Shown piece by piece: positions 62,229 to 64,000 of a DNA stretch of 64,000 nucleotides. A program made the position numbers and the translations under genes. The stretch lies in NCBI GenBank assembly GCA_963762255.1, contig CAVXKA010000002.1:288001-352000 (forward strand). Reading direction: 5' to 3'. Numbering within the stretch: position 1 is the stretch's first letter; every line of letters starts with the position of its first letter. The notes beneath the pieces were generated by a model, which did not search any database, had not been told where the DNA came from, and saw nothing but the letters and a program-made list of their open reading frames with translations. The DNA comes from Candidatus Eiseniibacteriota bacterium. GTDB lineage: Bacteria; Eisenbacteria; RBG-16-71-46; JABDJR01.

Positions 62229-64000
62229 TCAGCTCCCGTTCCGCGCGGCCAGCTCGCGACGAGCGCCCTCGGGATCATAGCTGATCGTCTCCGAGCGCCA
62301 GAGGAGCCACGGACGGAGGATGCTGGGTTCGAGCCCGGTGAATTTGTTGCGGACCGCGAGAAATCCTCTGCGGCTCACCGTGTACATCGCGGGACAGTTC
62401 TCGGTGACGATGCGCTGCACGCGATCGAAGACCACCTTGCGCGCGCTTTGGTCGGTCATGGTGACCTGGGCGTTCATGAGGCTGTCCACCGCAGCTTCCC
62501 ATGCGGTGGCGGGACGCGGTTGCTCCGGGTACCAGAAATGGGTCCGCCCCGACGACTTGAACACGTTGGCGGACATGATGGGATCGGGGGGAATCCCTCC
62601 GGTGAGGCCGAAGAGGATGGCGTCGTAGTCGAACGTCTCCCGGATGCGGGTGACCATCGCGTTGGACTCGGTGGGCACCAGCGCCATCTTGATCCCGATC
62701 TTGGCCAGATCGTCGAGGATGACGTTGGCCACCGCGATGCGCTCCTTGTTGTCGGCGTTGGTGAGGAGCGTGAAGTGGAGAGGATGCCCCTTGCTGTCCT
62801 CGCGGATTCCGTCCCCGTTGCGATCGCGCAGCCCCGCGTCCTCCAGAAGGGACCGCGACTTGTCGAGATCGTATTCGTACCGGACCACGTCCTCGCAGTA
62901 CCACTTTCTGTTCGCGGGCGGGATCGGCCCGTAGAGGGGCTCGGCCATGCCGTAGTAGACGATGTTGGAGATGGACCGGCGATCCACCGCATGCGCCACC
63001 GCGCGCCGGAACCGCAGATCGCCGAACACCGCAAGCTTCCAGGGCTCCAGATAGGGCTTGCCGGTCTTCGTGTTGCGGCTCGGGTTCAGGTTGAACCACA
63101 TGAAGTTGTTGCCCATCTCCATGCCGAGATCGATGACGGTGTAATCCCCCGCTCGCTCCCCGTCCTTCATCTGGACGTAGTCCTCGGCGCGGAAGTAGAT
63201 CTCGTCCGCGGCGCCGCTGCGGAACTTGAGGACCTCCGCGTTCTGGTCGGGCACGGTCACGTAGATGAGCTCGTCGAGGTACGGGAGACGGTTCCCCGCC
63301 GAGTCGTAGCCGTGGAACCAGGGATTCGGTCTCAGCACCACCTTCTGCTGCGGCTCATAGGAAACCAGCACCCATGGGCCTGCGGAAACGATCTCGCCGG
63401 GCGGTGTGGCCAACCCATACGCCGACTCGAACTCGCCCGCGCGGTACGCCGCCTCGAGCTTGTGCTTCGGGAGGATGTAGACCGCGCCGATCACGCTCAG
63501 GAACGGGCCGTACGGCTTGCTCAGCCCGACCCTCACCGTCACGTCGTCCACCTTCTCGAATCGGAAGGGGACTCCATCCACTCGGCAGAGATCCCCCGCC
63601 GAGGGGTGGATGTCCTCGTCGTAGAGAATCTCCGAGGTGAAGATCACATCGTCGGCGTTCAGGGGATGGCCGTCCGACCAGTGCAAGCCACGCCGCAGGT
63701 GGAAGGTCCAGGTGAGCCCGTTCTCGCTCATCTCCCAGGACTTGGCCAGACCGGGTTCGTTCTCCTGGGTCCGGTTGTTGAACGTGACCAGGCTCAGGAA
63801 GAAATGCCCGTTGGTGATGTCGGTGCTCGACGTCTCGTTCGCGGTGAGAGCATTCCAGGTCTTGGGGTCCTGCCGCTGGGTAACCACGAATCGCCCGCCG
63901 TGGACACCATGCGCGCTCTCGTAAACGAGCGGATCCTGGGGTGCGGGGAGCGAGTCCGGCCGCGCGGGCTGGCGTCCGGCGACTCGGGACGTCTTGCCCT
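62229..64000 (-). CDS. Peptide ABC substrate-binding protein, family 5 (5' end beyond the window)
   Basis: DPKTWN, PGLAKSWE, WTFHLR, WSDGHP..ADDV, LPYLDE, FRRAVAHAVDR. Confidence 0.92.
   Translation of the reverse strand, partial: GKTSRVAGRQPARPDSLPAPQDPLVYESAHGVHGGRFVVTQRQDPKTWNALTANETSSTDITNGHFFLSLVTFNNRTQENEPGLAKSWEMSENGLTWTFHLRRGLHWSDGHPLNADDVIFTSEILYDEDIHPSAGDLCRVDGVPFRFEKVDDVTVRVGLSKPYGPFLSVIGAVYILPKHKLEAAYRAGEFESAYGLATPPGEIVSAGPWVLVSYEPQQKVVLRPNPWFHGYDSAGNRLPYLDELIYVTVPDQNAEVLKFRSGAADEIYFRAEDYVQMKDGERAGDYTVIDLGMEMGNNFMWFNLNPSRNTKTGKPYLEPWKLAVFGDLRFRRAVAHAVDRRSISNIVYYGMAEPLYGPIPPANRKWYCEDVVRYEYDLDKSRSLLEDAGLRDRNGDGIREDSKGHPLHFTLLTNADNKERIAVANVILDDLAKIGIKMALVPTESNAMVTRIRETFDYDAILFGLTGGIPPDPIMSANVFKSSGRTHFWYPEQPRPATAWEAAVDSLMNAQVTMTDQSARKVVFDRVQRIVTENCPAMYTVSRRGFLAVRNKFTGLEPSILRPWLLWRSETISYDPEGARRELAARNGS

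Overview
A high-GC bacterial chromosomal segment with almost all genes on the minus strand, mostly housekeeping. The lpxC-fabZ fusion plus a T9SS/FlgD-type C-terminal-domain protein suggest an FCB-superphylum diderm (inference only). Reading right to left, in the direction of transcription: opp/dpp ABC transporter, csp, membrane His-kinase-like gene, cca, M23 peptidase, polyprenyl synthase, rsfS, argS, pfkB, [hypothetical + 20-aa peptide + membrane HD-GYP], purM, oxidoreductase, lnt, ecfT, truA, htrA, purB-L-Q-S-F, lysS, lolC/E, a ~4 kb plus-strand insert, lolD, mcsA-mcsB-clpC, bamA-skp-lpxD-lpxC/fabZ-lpxA-gnnA-lpxB-DUF374-waaA-lpxK, a plus-strand lipoprotein, nadB, Minf_1886-like, hsp20, lon, GT9, hypothetical and mutL (partial). 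Two candidate new systems stand out. (1) An HNH endonuclease gene with its own promoter, associated with four copies of the palindrome TCACCCGGGTGA and followed by two ~100-bp direct repeats, inserted between lolC/E and lolD. (2) A promoter-led module of a hypothetical protein, an unannotated 20-aa hydrophobic peptide (MWELLLSLMSLIFDGKSGWI) and a multi-TM HD-GYP protein, which may be a peptide-sensing c-di-GMP system. Many single-base frameshifts in housekeeping genes (37-41.5, 50-55 and 59 kb) are most likely sequencing or assembly errors. All annotations come from motif recognition by eye; no database searches were run.
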